Source of the DNA: Patescibacteria group bacterium
GTDB lineage: Bacteria > Patescibacteriota > Patescibacteriia > Patescibacteriales > UBA12465
Length of the DNA stretch: 27,360 bases
NCBI GenBank assembly: GCA_036171815.1
Contig: JAVHRV010000128.1
Location: 1-27,360, forward strand
Reading direction: 5' to 3'
Shown here piece after piece: positions 1-8,989 of this stretch. A program made the translations under genes and the position numbers. The notes under the pieces are model-generated. The model was not told the DNA's origin and ran no database searches. It saw only the letters and a list, made by a program, of their open reading frames with translations. Each line of letters opens with the position of its first letter. Positions within the stretch are counted from its first letter, which is position 1.

Positions 1-481
1 CGCCGATTTTAGTAATAACTCTAAAAAATTTTTGGCCGGTGATATTAAATCTAACTTGCCAAGTTCCATCGCCATTATTTTTTATAATCTCCGCTTGTAA
101 TTCTGTGGAAATACTTTTTAAACTAGGCTCCACTCGCTTTTTAAATAAAATAAACGCTCCCGGTTTAACTCGACCGCCGATCAGACACTCCCAAAGATTA
201 TTTCTTCCTCTGATTGATAATTGCCGATGTAAAAAAATCTCTACCGCTCCGCCAGTCTCTTTTTTGTAACCCAGCAAGCGGGCCGGGAAAACCTTGGAGT
301 TATTTAAAATTAATAAATCTCCCGGACGCAAATAATCCCCGATATTAAAAAAATGCTGATGAATAACGGCCCCGGTTTTTTTAGACAAAACTAAAAGCCG
401 CGCCTGATCGCGCGGTCGAGCTGGCTTTTGCGCAATTAGCTCACTTGGTAAATAGTAATCAAAATCTGATACCCGATACAT
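1..481 (-). CDS. queA: S-adenosylmethionine:tRNA ribosyltransferase-isomerase (queuosine biosynthesis), 5' part; runs off the left edge; not in the ORF track
   Basis: Manual translation from ATG at 481: MYRVSDFDYYLPSELIAQKPARPRDQARLLVLSKKTGAVIHQHFFNIGDYLRPGDLLILNNSKVFPARLLGYKKETGGAVEIFL..., open for 160 codons to the edge. Matches QueA N-terminal motifs (DFDY-LP-ELIAQ-P, RLLV, GDLL-N-SKV-PARL). Lies downstream of ruvB, a well-known neighbourhood. Confidence 0.95.
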   Translation of the reverse strand, partial: MYRVSDFDYYLPSELIAQKPARPRDQARLLVLSKKTGAVIHQHFFNIGDYLRPGDLLILNNSKVFPARLLGYKKETGGAVEIFLHRQLSIRGRNNLWECLIGGRVKPGAFILFKKRVEPSLKSISTELQAEIIKNNGDGTWQVRFNITGQKFFRVITKIG

Positions 482-493
482 AAAAAATAAATA

Positions 494-1084
494 TCAATTT
501 TTCTGGCTAATTAATATCTTCCGTCTGATAAATAACATCATAATAAAAAAACTATTAGAGACAACCAGACTCCCCGGATAAAGCCAGGTCACTAAATTAT
601 AAGCCTCCAAAGCGAATAGACTAATGATCGTCCCAGTCATAGCCAGAATAAAATAAACCATCGTTTCCTCATAGGGTTCGCGATAAGCCTTTCGAAATGT
701 CCAAGAATAAGCTAAAGCGTCTATTAAGGTCGCTAAAATAACCGCCCATAAAGGATTATCAGTTAATCCCCAAAGCGCTAAACCTAGTAAAGCACCAGTC
801 AGCGTTAACCAATCAAATAAAAACATTTTCCTCTCCCACCGGTTAAAAGATAAAACCACTATCACAAAACAAATTAGCGCGGTCAGCCCATTAGACCAAG
901 CCCCTGGGCCGGCGCCTTTAATAATTTGCGCTAAGAAAGTAATGGCGCCTAGTAGCCCCCAAAGAAACCAAGAAAAAATATGAGGCTTAGTTTTACCCTT
1001 AAAAATATCCCGCAAATAAGGGATATAAGCTAAAGAAGCAATTAGCGAAGAAATAACTCCTAAATATATTTTGTATTCCGGCAT
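494..1084 (-). CDS. Polytopic membrane protein (about 7 TM) with two PQ-loop/SWEET-like half repeats; function unknown
   Basis: 196 aa, mostly hydrophobic. Internal repeat LAYIPYLRDIFKGK (res 18) and LAYSWTFRKAYREP (res 124). Family assignment is inference from pattern only. Confidence 0.6.
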   Translation of the reverse strand: MPEYKIYLGVISSLIASLAYIPYLRDIFKGKTKPHIFSWFLWGLLGAITFLAQIIKGAGPGAWSNGLTALICFVIVVLSFNRWERKMFLFDWLTLTGALLGLALWGLTDNPLWAVILATLIDALAYSWTFRKAYREPYEETMVYFILAMTGTIISLFALEAYNLVTWLYPGSLVVSNSFFIMMLFIRRKILISQKN

Positions 1085-1111
1085 GATAATAGTTTGATTT
1101 AATAATCGGGC

Positions 1112-2146
1112 CTAAATCAGTTTCCCCGTTCCCGGTTCTTTTAAGCCAAGGTGACGATAACCGAGCGCTGTCGCCACTCGCCCGCGTGGTGAACGATCTA
1201 AAAAGCCTAATTGCATTAAATAAGGTTCATAAATATTTTCAATCGTCTCCATCTCTTCGCCAGTTGCGGCCGCTAAGGTATTGAGCCCGACCGGACCGCC
1301 TTTAAATTTATTAATAATAACTTCTAAAATCCGCCGATCAACTAAATCTAAACCCAACTCATCGACCTCGAGCATCTTAAAGGCTTCAAGACTGTCTTTT
1401 AAAGAAACCCGACCGTCCCCCTTTACTTCACAATAATCACGAACCCGTTTTAATAAACGATTAGCGATTCGTGGCGTATGACGACTACGCTTAGCAATTT
1501 CAATTTCCGCCTCCTCATCTATGGCTATCCCTAAAATATTAGAACTACGCTGAATAATTTTTTTAATATCTCCGACTTCATAAAAATTTAAATGGTGCGT
1601 AATTCCAAAACGATCGCGTAAAGGAGCGGATAAAAGGCTGGCGAGCGTAGTCGCTCCGATAATAGTGAACTTCGGTAAGTCTAAACGTAACGTTCGCGCG
1701 CTTGGCCCTTTCCCCATAATGATATCCAGAGCATAATCCTCCATTGCCGGATATAATATTTCTTCAACTATTTTCGGCAAGCGGTGGATCTCATCGATGA
1801 ATAAAATATCGCCTTTTTCTAAATTGGTTAAAATCGCCGCCAAATCACCACTTTTTTCAATCGCCGGACCGGAGGTCACCCGAATATTCGCTCCGATTTC
1901 ATTCGCAATAACATGGGCTAAAGTAGTTTTACCAAGTCCGGGGGCGCCATATAATAAAACATGTTCAATCGATTCATGGCGTTTCTGAGCCGCGGCGATG
2001 GTAATCGCTAAATTCTGTTTAATTTTTTCCTGTCCAACATATTCTTCTAAATTTTTCGGACGCAACGATAAATCCAGGGCGTCGTCGCCTTGACGCTCAA
2101 TCGGACTGATTAAACGATCCGGAGTATTTATATCCGAATTCTTCAT
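1112..2146 (-). CDS. ruvB: Holliday junction branch migration helicase RuvB
   Basis: [16 protein letters not shown], Walker [18 protein letters not shown], Walker [38 protein letters not shown] at 2146 preferred to the track start at 2170. Confidence 0.98.
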   Translation of the reverse strand: MKNSDINTPDRLISPIERQGDDALDLSLRPKNLEEYVGQEKIKQNLAITIAAAQKRHESIEHVLLYGAPGLGKTTLAHVIANEIGANIRVTSGPAIEKSGDLAAILTNLEKGDILFIDEIHRLPKIVEEILYPAMEDYALDIIMGKGPSARTLRLDLPKFTIIGATTLASLLSAPLRDRFGITHHLNFYEVGDIKKIIQRSSNILGIAIDEEAEIEIAKRSRHTPRIANRLLKRVRDYCEVKGDGRVSLKDSLEAFKMLEVDELGLDLVDRRILEVIINKFKGGPVGLNTLAAATGEEMETIENIYEPYLMQLGFLDRSPRGRVATALGYRHLGLKEPGTGKLI

Positions 2147-2197
2147 ATAGTTATAGATTAAATTAACCAAAAATTTTCTAAATTAGAAATCAAATTT

Positions 2198-5100
2198 TTA
2201 AACCTCTCTAAATTCACAAATCGAATTAAAATCACAAAAAGAACATAGTCGCGAAGGCGTTGGGGAAAAGTCGCGCTTCTTAATAGCCGCAATCTCTCCC
2301 CTGACTTCTAGCTGTAATTTAGCAATATCTTTTTCCGTAGCCGTAAAAGAAAATTTTTTTCCACTTTCTAAATAATAATAACTAAGACGGCTGACTTTCT
2401 GCCCTAAAAATTCTTCTAAAAATAACTGGTATAGAATTAATTGGCGTTTGTCTTTAAATTCTAATTTAGTTTTAGTTTGACCGGTTTTATAATCCACTAT
2501 TTCTAGAGTGCCGTCGCTTAATTTATCAACGCGATCAATCGCTCCTTTAATAACATCTAAACCGATCTTAAAAGAAAATCTCTTTTCTAAAAATAATATT
2601 TCGGCCGGGGCGGCGGACTGATAGGCGGCGAGAAATAACTTGAGAGACTCTCGACCACGCAGTAGATACTTTTCTCTCTCGGCCTTATCTTGATAACCGT
2701 CCGGCTGCCAAAATTCAGCATAAATTTCTAAAAGTCGCTTCTCGGTTAATAGCGCGGCGGGCCAATTATTATCTTTAGTTATTTGACCAGCCGACCCAGC
2801 GTTTAAACCCCCGAATAGATCACCTTGTCTCGATCGCTGTTCGCTTAATAAAGGCAATAAAAAATTATAAAGAGTGTTATGCATGACCCGGCCAAAAATT
2901 AAACTAGCTTTATCGGTTGAGACCGGAATTTTTAAAATAAAAGCAAACTTATACTGGAGGGGGCAAGTCGAAAAAGCCGCTAACTGCGAAAAAGAAAATT
3001 TACTGGGCAGGGGATATTGTTCGACTAAGGCCGCGTGATCTGGCCGTTCGGATTCCACCGCGATCTCTCTAGTATTTAAATAGTGTAAATCTCTTAAAAA
3101 TTCATTTTTTTCGCTTAAAACCAAGTCGGGCGCTGTTTCACTAATGAGACCCATCTCCTCAATAAAACGCGACGGTTTTTTTTCTCGCACGCCGCCGTAA
3201 TCTTTAGCACCGGTTAAGTATAATCTATCTTTGGCTCTAGTCGCCGCTACATAAAATAAACGGCGCTCTTCTTCTAGGTGAATATCCGGGCTCACTTCAA
3301 CTTTTTCTCGGACTAACGCCTCGGGAATAGCTATTTTTTCGCTTCGACTAATAGTCGGGAATTTTTTATCCACTAAATTAACTAAAAAAACATATTTAAA
3401 TTCTAACCCTTTGGCGCCATGAACCGTCATGATTTTAACGACGTCGCTGTCAGCAAAATCCAACTTTAAAGCGCCAGTCTCTCCCGCTTCTAATTCTAAA
3501 TTTATCGCTAACAAAAAATCTGGCAAACGTAAATCGGGTTCTGTTTCCTCTAGCTGTTTAATCTTCTGATAAAATTGATTTAAATAAGAAAATAACTCTA
3601 AGTCGCGATCTCGGTCCAACCCGACGAGCAATCCGGAATCATAGGCAAAATGTAAAAATATTTTAGTAGGCTTAGCCGTCGCCGCCAACAATGAATGTTG
3701 AGATAAAAGATTAATTAATTTATTAATATTTTTAAGGCTCTCGGCTCCTATTCTGGGGATAGCCTTAATATTTTTAAGCGCTTCATATAAAGACCAGACC
3801 TTGCGCGCCGCCATTTTATTAATGTTAACCAAATCGAGATGAGAGACTTTAAAAGCTTCCATATTCAAAACTCGAAATAAGGCTGATGATTCGTGGTAAT
3901 TATCCAGTAAGCGGAAGTAGGCTAAAATATCTAAAATTAAAGGCTTATAGTAAAGTCCGCGCCAAGACATAAACTGATTGGGAATATTCTGACGATTAAA
4001 TTCCTTGACATAGGCTTCAGCGGTATCATTAGCTCTAACTAAAATAGCAAAATCAGACCAATTAATCTCACCGGCCCCGGCTACAAACAAAGCCCTAATC
4101 TCTTGCGCGACAGAAGATCTCTCCTCATCTTGATTAGTCAGCTGCCAAAAACGAACTGCGGGGACAGCGTCGGGCTTTTTATTGATTTCGCCTTTGGCCT
4201 CTAGCCGTTTATTAATTTTTAATTTAGTTTCTAAACGATTCGGATTATTATGCTGAATAAATTTATAAGCATAATCTAAAATTTCTTGGCGCGAACGATA
4301 ATTTTCCGTCAAAATAATCTCGCGCGCTGCTTGATAATCGTCCTTAAATTGCAAAATATTAGATAAAGAAGCCCCCCGGAATTTATAAATAGCCTGATCG
4401 TCATCTCCGACCACGACCAAATTATTGCGCGGCGCGGCCAACAGCCTGACTAGTTCATATTGAGCGAAATTAGTATCCTGAAACTCATCAACCATAATAT
4501 ACTTAAATTTTTGTCGATAAAATTTAAGAATATTGAGTCGCTCTTTAAACAACTGCAAAGTATAAATTATCAAATCACCAAAATCTAAAAAATTATTTTC
4601 TAACAGAAGTTGATTATAGGTATGATAAGCGTTAGCGAGCTCTTTAATCCGACCAATTTCTAATTCTTCTCCCTCTTCATCAGCATCAGTCATTTTTTTC
4701 ATTAATTTTTTACCTTTTGTTTTCGCGGTCGTCGGCTTGACCGGAATAATTTTTACTTTTTTAACCACTGGTCGGCCGTTCAAACGGCTATCTTGATCAG
4801 ATTCTATTTCTTCTGCATATTTTAAATATTCCGCGGCGGAGATATTTTCGTCTTTCAGACGAGAAAAATGCCGAATTAATTCCGAAATAAACTTAGTCGG
4901 ATTACCAAGCGGGCGGTAATAATCTAAAACAAAGCGGTTCAAGTTTTTCTTAATTAAAACCCACTGTTCGGTTTCCGTTAAAAGCTTAAAATTAGCATTC
5001 AGTCCAATATCCAAGCCAAATTCCCGCAATATCCGTTCCCCAAAACTATGAAAAGTATTAATCCATAAATCCGTATAACCATAGGGCAGAATTTTATCCG

Positions 5101-5314
5101 CCCTTTCGGTCATTTCGCCCGCGGCCTTTTCCGTAAAAGTCAAAAGTAAAATTTCTTCAGTCTTTATTTTCTTATCCAAAATTAAATAGGCTAAACGATT
5201 AATTAAAACCGTCGTTTTACCCGTCCCCGCGCCAGCCACGATCAAAAGCGGTCCTTGATCATGAACGACCGCTTCTTTTTGAGCCTTATTTAAACTTTTC
5301 AATAATTCCGACAT
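2198..5314 (-). CDS. UvrD/PcrA-family SF1A helicase fused to a C-terminal PD-(D/E)XK (RecB/AddAB/AdnAB-type) nuclease with a 4-Cys Fe-S 'staple'
   Basis: Helicase motifs AGAGTGKT, DEFQD, GDDDQAIYKFRGA, ENYRS, TVHGAKGLEF, EERRLFYVAATRA. Nuclease motifs SFSQL..CPLQYKF, EKRF, GAIDRVD, VDYKTG, QLILY, C-terminal CSFCDFNSIC. Confidence 0.92.
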   Translation of the reverse strand: MSELLKSLNKAQKEAVVHDQGPLLIVAGAGTGKTTVLINRLAYLILDKKIKTEEILLLTFTEKAAGEMTERADKILPYGYTDLWINTFHSFGERILREFGLDIGLNANFKLLTETEQWVLIKKNLNRFVLDYYRPLGNPTKFISELIRHFSRLKDENISAAEYLKYAEEIESDQDSRLNGRPVVKKVKIIPVKPTTAKTKGKKLMKKMTDADEEGEELEIGRIKELANAYHTYNQLLLENNFLDFGDLIIYTLQLFKERLNILKFYRQKFKYIMVDEFQDTNFAQYELVRLLAAPRNNLVVVGDDDQAIYKFRGASLSNILQFKDDYQAAREIILTENYRSRQEILDYAYKFIQHNNPNRLETKLKINKRLEAKGEINKKPDAVPAVRFWQLTNQDEERSSVAQEIRALFVAGAGEINWSDFAILVRANDTAEAYVKEFNRQNIPNQFMSWRGLYYKPLILDILAYFRLLDNYHESSALFRVLNMEAFKVSHLDLVNINKMAARKVWSLYEALKNIKAIPRIGAESLKNINKLINLLSQHSLLAATAKPTKIFLHFAYDSGLLVGLDRDRDLELFSYLNQFYQKIKQLEETEPDLRLPDFLLAINLELEAGETGALKLDFADSDVVKIMTVHGAKGLEFKYVFLVNLVDKKFPTISRSEKIAIPEALVREKVEVSPDIHLEEERRLFYVAATRAKDRLYLTGAKDYGGVREKKPSRFIEEMGLISETAPDLVLSEKNEFLRDLHYLNTREIAVESERPDHAALVEQYPLPSKFSFSQLAAFSTCPLQYKFAFILKIPVSTDKASLIFGRVMHNTLYNFLLPLLSEQRSRQGDLFGGLNAGSAGQITKDNNWPAALLTEKRLLEIYAEFWQPDGYQDKAEREKYLLRGRESLKLFLAAYQSAAPAEILFLEKRFSFKIGLDVIKGAIDRVDKLSDGTLEIVDYKTGQTKTKLEFKDKRQLILYQLFLEEFLGQKVSRLSYYYLESGKKFSFTATEKDIAKLQLEVRGEIAAIKKRDFSPTPSRLCSFCDFNSICEFREV

Positions 5315-5338
5315 ACTCTAATATTATAAGCTTTGAAA

Positions 5339-6520
5339 CTATTTGCCAACCCCTCCCGTGATTTCAATTTTTGCTTGCCGAAGATCTTTTCCGGCCTCGT
5401 CACTAAGCTGTGACCAGGCGACATATTTATTTAAAAAATTAATTTTATCTTCTCCGGACATAAGTTGTGGGATACTGGCTCTCGACTGCAAAGGAAATAA
5501 AAAAACCGTCGTCTGATTATCTAAAATATCCAATCCAATCGCCAACCCTTGCTGCGTATCCAGCGAAAAATACTGATCAAATATAAAATTACCCAAAGAA
5601 TAAAAAATTGGTTTATTCTGATAAATTTCCATCCCTTGCACTACATGAGGATGATGACCGATAATGATATCAGCCCCCGCTTCTATTAAAGCGCGGCCAA
5701 TTGTTTGTTGATGTTGACTAAATTGATGCTGATACTCCGTCCCCCAATGAATATTAATTATTACTAAATCGGCCTGGACTTGAGCAGCCCGAATTAATTC
5801 AACCGCTTCCTTTAAATTAAAATCATGATAAACCATTGATAAACTAATAAAAGCGATCTTTTTACCTTTTATATCAACGACTCTAAGTGAATTTTGATCG
5901 ACCGCCGCATCGGCGCTGCCACTATAATTTAAACCTAATTCAGTCAAATTTTTTCGCGTTTCCTCTAAGCCCCGCGCGCCCTGATCGGTAATATGATTAT
6001 TAGCAATACTAAAAAAATTAAAGCCGTACGACTGCAATTCCTGAATTCGGGCTGGCAAAAAAGCGAAATCATAAGCTTGCACCGGATTATAATGTGCCCC
6101 TTGGTTAGTCACCGCTCCTTCTAAATTAGCCCCCACTAAATCATGGCCGGCTAAAATATTCGGCGTAGAACTAGCTAAATCTTGCAATAAATAATTTAAA
6201 TGAAGATTTTTAAGCTTATCGCCAACATGACGATCTAGCATTAAGTCGCCAAAAAATAGGAAACTAATGGCTTGATCTAAACGAGGGGAGACCGACTGAT
6301 TAATTAAACGCCTAGAGGAAGAGGAGCGATCCTGGTTAAAAGAGGGATCCTCCTGGTCAGAGGAAACTAAAACTTTATCAGTCGCAACATTATCTAGAAC
6401 CACTAAATAATCCGATTGAGAAAATCGCCAATTTTTAAAAAATAATAATCCGCTCAAGCCCGCGACGAGTAAAATTAAGCCAGAGACTAATAACCAAAAA
6501 TAAGCAGATTTATGCTTCAT
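5339..6520 (-). CDS. CapA-family (PGA_cap) metallophosphatase-fold protein with N-terminal membrane anchor
   Basis: FFGDLMLDR, NLEG, ANNHITD, IHWGTEY, IIGHHPHV, YSLGNFIFDQ; hydrophobic N-terminus. Confidence 0.9.
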   Translation of the reverse strand: MKHKSAYFWLLVSGLILLVAGLSGLLFFKNWRFSQSDYLVVLDNVATDKVLVSSDQEDPSFNQDRSSSSRRLINQSVSPRLDQAISFLFFGDLMLDRHVGDKLKNLHLNYLLQDLASSTPNILAGHDLVGANLEGAVTNQGAHYNPVQAYDFAFLPARIQELQSYGFNFFSIANNHITDQGARGLEETRKNLTELGLNYSGSADAAVDQNSLRVVDIKGKKIAFISLSMVYHDFNLKEAVELIRAAQVQADLVIINIHWGTEYQHQFSQHQQTIGRALIEAGADIIIGHHPHVVQGMEIYQNKPIFYSLGNFIFDQYFSLDTQQGLAIGLDILDNQTTVFLFPLQSRASIPQLMSGEDKINFLNKYVAWSQLSDEAGKDLRQAKIEITGGVGK

Positions 6521-6521
6521 A

Positions 6522-7787
6522 TTAAAATTTTAAAATCTTCTTTAATTGACTGGCCTGGGCCTGACCAATCACCGCTAAATTTAAATTATGATTCACAAAA
6601 ATTTTCCGCGCCGTTTGCTGTAAGTCGCTGGGGGTAATCTTATTCATAATTTTTAAAAATTCACCGGGCGTAATTATCTGACGGCGCAAAATCGCTTGTC
6701 GAGCGTACCAAGTCGCCAAATTATCGGTAGCTTCCATTTGTAGTAACGATTTTCCCGCTAAAAGATCTTTGGCTCTTTTTAATTCCGAGATACCGACTAG
6801 CTCACTAGTCAATCGCTGGTACTCCGATAAAATAATCTTTATCGCCGTTAGGGTTTTATCTTTAGGCACGCCGGCCTGCGTAGTTAAATAGCCAGAATCC
6901 GAATAAAATTCACTAGCTGTTCGCACATAATAAGCTAGACCATTTTTCGCGCGTAAATTAATAAACAAACGTGAACTCATTGATCCGCCTAAAATAATAG
7001 ACAATAATTTAATCTTAAATTCTTCCGGGTGACCAATCGCCACCGTCCGCACGCCTAAAGACAAATTTACTTGATCAATCTTTTTATTCACAATTTTTAA
7101 TCGCGGACCTTTTTGAACTTCTTTAACCACTAATTTATCGCCCCACTTATTCTTAGGGACTGTGGCGAACAGCCGCGCGACGGCTTTTTTATCGGCCTCT
7201 TTAAAACCACCAGCAATAATTATATAAATACTTTTAGTGCCATATTGCGCCTGAAAATAACGTAAAAAGTCAGACCGCTTAAAACGATGAATATTTTCTT
7301 TAGTACCAATTGTTTCCCAGCCAGCCGGTGCATCGCCATAAAGACAGGTTTCAAAAATATCTTCCACGTGCATAAGAGGATTATCTTCATACATATTTAG
7401 CTCTTCGATAATTACCCCTTTCTCCCGCTCAATCTCGGCCGATTCAAACTTAGAATTAAGGAGCATATCGCTAACAATATCTAGCGCTTCTGTTAATTTC
7501 GGAGCCGCCACTTTAACCCAATAACCAGTAAATTCTTTAGCGGTAAACGCATTATATTCTCCCCCTAAAGAATCTAGTTCGCTGGATAAGGCTAAAGTAT
7601 CAGGCCGACGCTTTGTTCCTTTAAAAAACATATGCTCTAAAAAATGAGATAAACCATTATTAGCCCGAGTTTCATATTTAGAACCGGTTTTTATCATAAT
7701 TAAGGCCGTAACCGTTCGCGCCCCCTTAACCGGGATAGTAATTAAGGGGATTTTATTTGACAAAATATCAATTTTATATTTATTCAT
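6522..7787 (-). CDS. M16 (pitrilysin/insulinase family) zinc peptidase
   Basis: Inverted zinc motif HFLEHMFFKGT, NAFT, EREKGVIIEE, MSSRLF, GLAYYV. ATG at 7787 preferred to TTG at 7799. Stop is 1 nt from the capA-like start (TAAtATG). Confidence 0.93.
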   Translation of the reverse strand: MNKYKIDILSNKIPLITIPVKGARTVTALIMIKTGSKYETRANNGLSHFLEHMFFKGTKRRPDTLALSSELDSLGGEYNAFTAKEFTGYWVKVAAPKLTEALDIVSDMLLNSKFESAEIEREKGVIIEELNMYEDNPLMHVEDIFETCLYGDAPAGWETIGTKENIHRFKRSDFLRYFQAQYGTKSIYIIIAGGFKEADKKAVARLFATVPKNKWGDKLVVKEVQKGPRLKIVNKKIDQVNLSLGVRTVAIGHPEEFKIKLLSIILGGSMSSRLFINLRAKNGLAYYVRTASEFYSDSGYLTTQAGVPKDKTLTAIKIILSEYQRLTSELVGISELKRAKDLLAGKSLLQMEATDNLATWYARQAILRRQIITPGEFLKIMNKITPSDLQQTARKIFVNHNLNLAVIGQAQASQLKKILKF

Positions 7788-7861
7788 AATATTAAACAAA
7801 TTAAGCTATTAATAAATTAGTCGGTAGCCAAAGCTATCTTATTTAAAACTTAGCATATTCT

Positions 7862-7870
7862 TGCTATAAT
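7862..7870 (+). promoter_or_regulatory. Extended -10 promoter element (TGcTATAAT) upstream of radC
   Basis: Exact TGnTATAAT in the divergent spacer, about 46 nt before the radC ATG. Confidence 0.6.
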
Positions 7871-7916
7871 TTAAAGGAAGCTAATAAAGAGATAATCATT
7901 CTGCTTAAACAAAAAT

Positions 7917-8630
7917 ATGTCTTATAAAATTCAAGATCATGTGACGATTTTAAATCATGGCCGACAATATGTTATGCGGGTTAAAGATCGCCCTGAGGAA
8001 GAAAGACCACGAGAAAAAATAATGCGCGACGGGGTTGGATCTTTAAGTTCAGCTGAATTATTAGCCGTCGTCCTGGGGGTCGGGACTAAAAAGGAAGAAG
8101 TGTTCGCTATGTCCAGCCGTCTTTTAAGAGAGTACGGGGAAAAAGGAATCGCCTATCAAAAAGATCCCCTTATAATTGAAAAAGATCTAAAAATCCCTAA
8201 CGCTAAAGCCTGCCAAATAGTCGCCTGCTTTGAACTAGGCCGTCGCTTTTATCAAAAAAAACCCGGTGGATCAATTACTATTCGAACCGCGGCTCAAGCC
8301 TTCGCTTATCTAAAAGATATGGGGAATTTGAATAAAGAACAATTCCGCGGACTCTATTTAAATACTCATTATCAGCTTATCCACGACGAAGTAATTTCTC
8401 TAGGAACCCTAGAAGCTTCCCTGGTTCAACCTCGAGAAGTTTTCCGACCAGCTTTGGAATATTCTGCGGCCGCGCTTATTATCGCTCATAACCATCCCTC
8501 CGGAGTTCTTAAGGCTAGTAAAGCGGATGTAGAAATAACCGACAAACTAATCGCCGCCAGCAATATCTTAGGGATAGATATTTTAGACCATTTAATAATC
8601 GGCAAAAATAAGTTTGCCAGTATTATTTAA
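7917..8630 (+). CDS. radC: RadC family JAB/MPN-domain protein (long, chromosomal form)
   Basis: RPREK, LSSAELLAVVLGVG, ELGRR, IGxGTLxxSLVxPREVF-like (ISLGTLEASLVQPREVF), AHNHPSG, ILDHLIIG. Confidence 0.93.
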   Translation: MSYKIQDHVTILNHGRQYVMRVKDRPEEERPREKIMRDGVGSLSSAELLAVVLGVGTKKEEVFAMSSRLLREYGEKGIAYQKDPLIIEKDLKIPNAKACQIVACFELGRRFYQKKPGGSITIRTAAQAFAYLKDMGNLNKEQFRGLYLNTHYQLIHDEVISLGTLEASLVQPREVFRPALEYSAAALIIAHNHPSGVLKASKADVEITDKLIAASNILGIDILDHLIIGKNKFASII

Positions 8631-8641
8631 TATTTAGATAA

Positions 8642-8695
8642 AATTAAGACTGGACGAGCTAAGCTTTAGAAGAGCCGGCTCGTCCAGTTTTAATT
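8642..8695 (+). terminator. Long inverted repeat, probably a bidirectional intrinsic terminator
   Basis: Arms aattaagactggacgagc (8642-8659) and gctcgtccagttttaatt (8678-8695): 17/18 complementary (the exception is G-U on +), perfect 11-bp core, T-rich on both sides, 12 nt after the radC stop. Confidence 0.65.
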
Positions 8696-8707
8696 ATTAA
8701 CACTAAT

Positions 8708-8989
8708 ATGCCAAAAAAATATAAAATTACGCCGCTGCTTTGGCTAATCAAAGATGAGGCCAGTATAAAATTTCATGTCAAAAGCCAGGATTATTTTGGC
8801 ACGATAGCCACTGTTTTATCTCTCTTAAAAGAACAAATTAAAAAAAGCGATATTAAAAATACCGCTTTGCTAGAAAAAATCCTCAATAATTTAGAGAAAG
8901 ATTTACTATTACTCCAAAAAAATTATCATATCAAACCGAACATCAAGAAAAGAAAAATAATGCCAAAAGGCAGACTCAATAACCAGTGA
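8708..8989 (+). CDS. Small hypothetical protein (93 aa)
   Basis: ATG with aat context like other genes here; helical, amphipathic-looking core (DYFGTIATVLSLL...LEKDLLLLQKNY). The 3' end overlaps the convergent O-antigen-ligase-like gene by 64 nt. Confidence 0.6.
   Translation: MPKKYKITPLLWLIKDEASIKFHVKSQDYFGTIATVLSLLKEQIKKSDIKNTALLEKILNNLEKDLLLLQKNYHIKPNIKKRKIMPKGRLNNQ

Noticed and set aside
39-269. 76-aa plus-strand ORF
   Set aside because: Antisense shadow of queA, which occupies 1-481 on the minus strand.
393-429. GC-rich hairpin-like segment (aaaagcc...ggctttt)
   Set aside because: Lies inside queA coding sequence (QKPARPRDQARLL); explained by codons.
2175-2189. Palindrome TTTCTAA-A-TTAGAAA upstream of ruvB as an SOS-type operator
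   Set aside because: Almost all A/T, single copy in the window, and no match to a LexA box I can name; likely chance.
5339-6520. Poly-gamma-glutamate capsule locus
   Set aside because: Only a CapA-like gene is present, with no capB/capC in the window; stand-alone CapA-family proteins are common.
7917-8989. radC plus small gene as a mobile element or anti-restriction cassette
   Set aside because: RadC is the long chromosomal form; no integrase, transposase, att sites or target duplications were seen.
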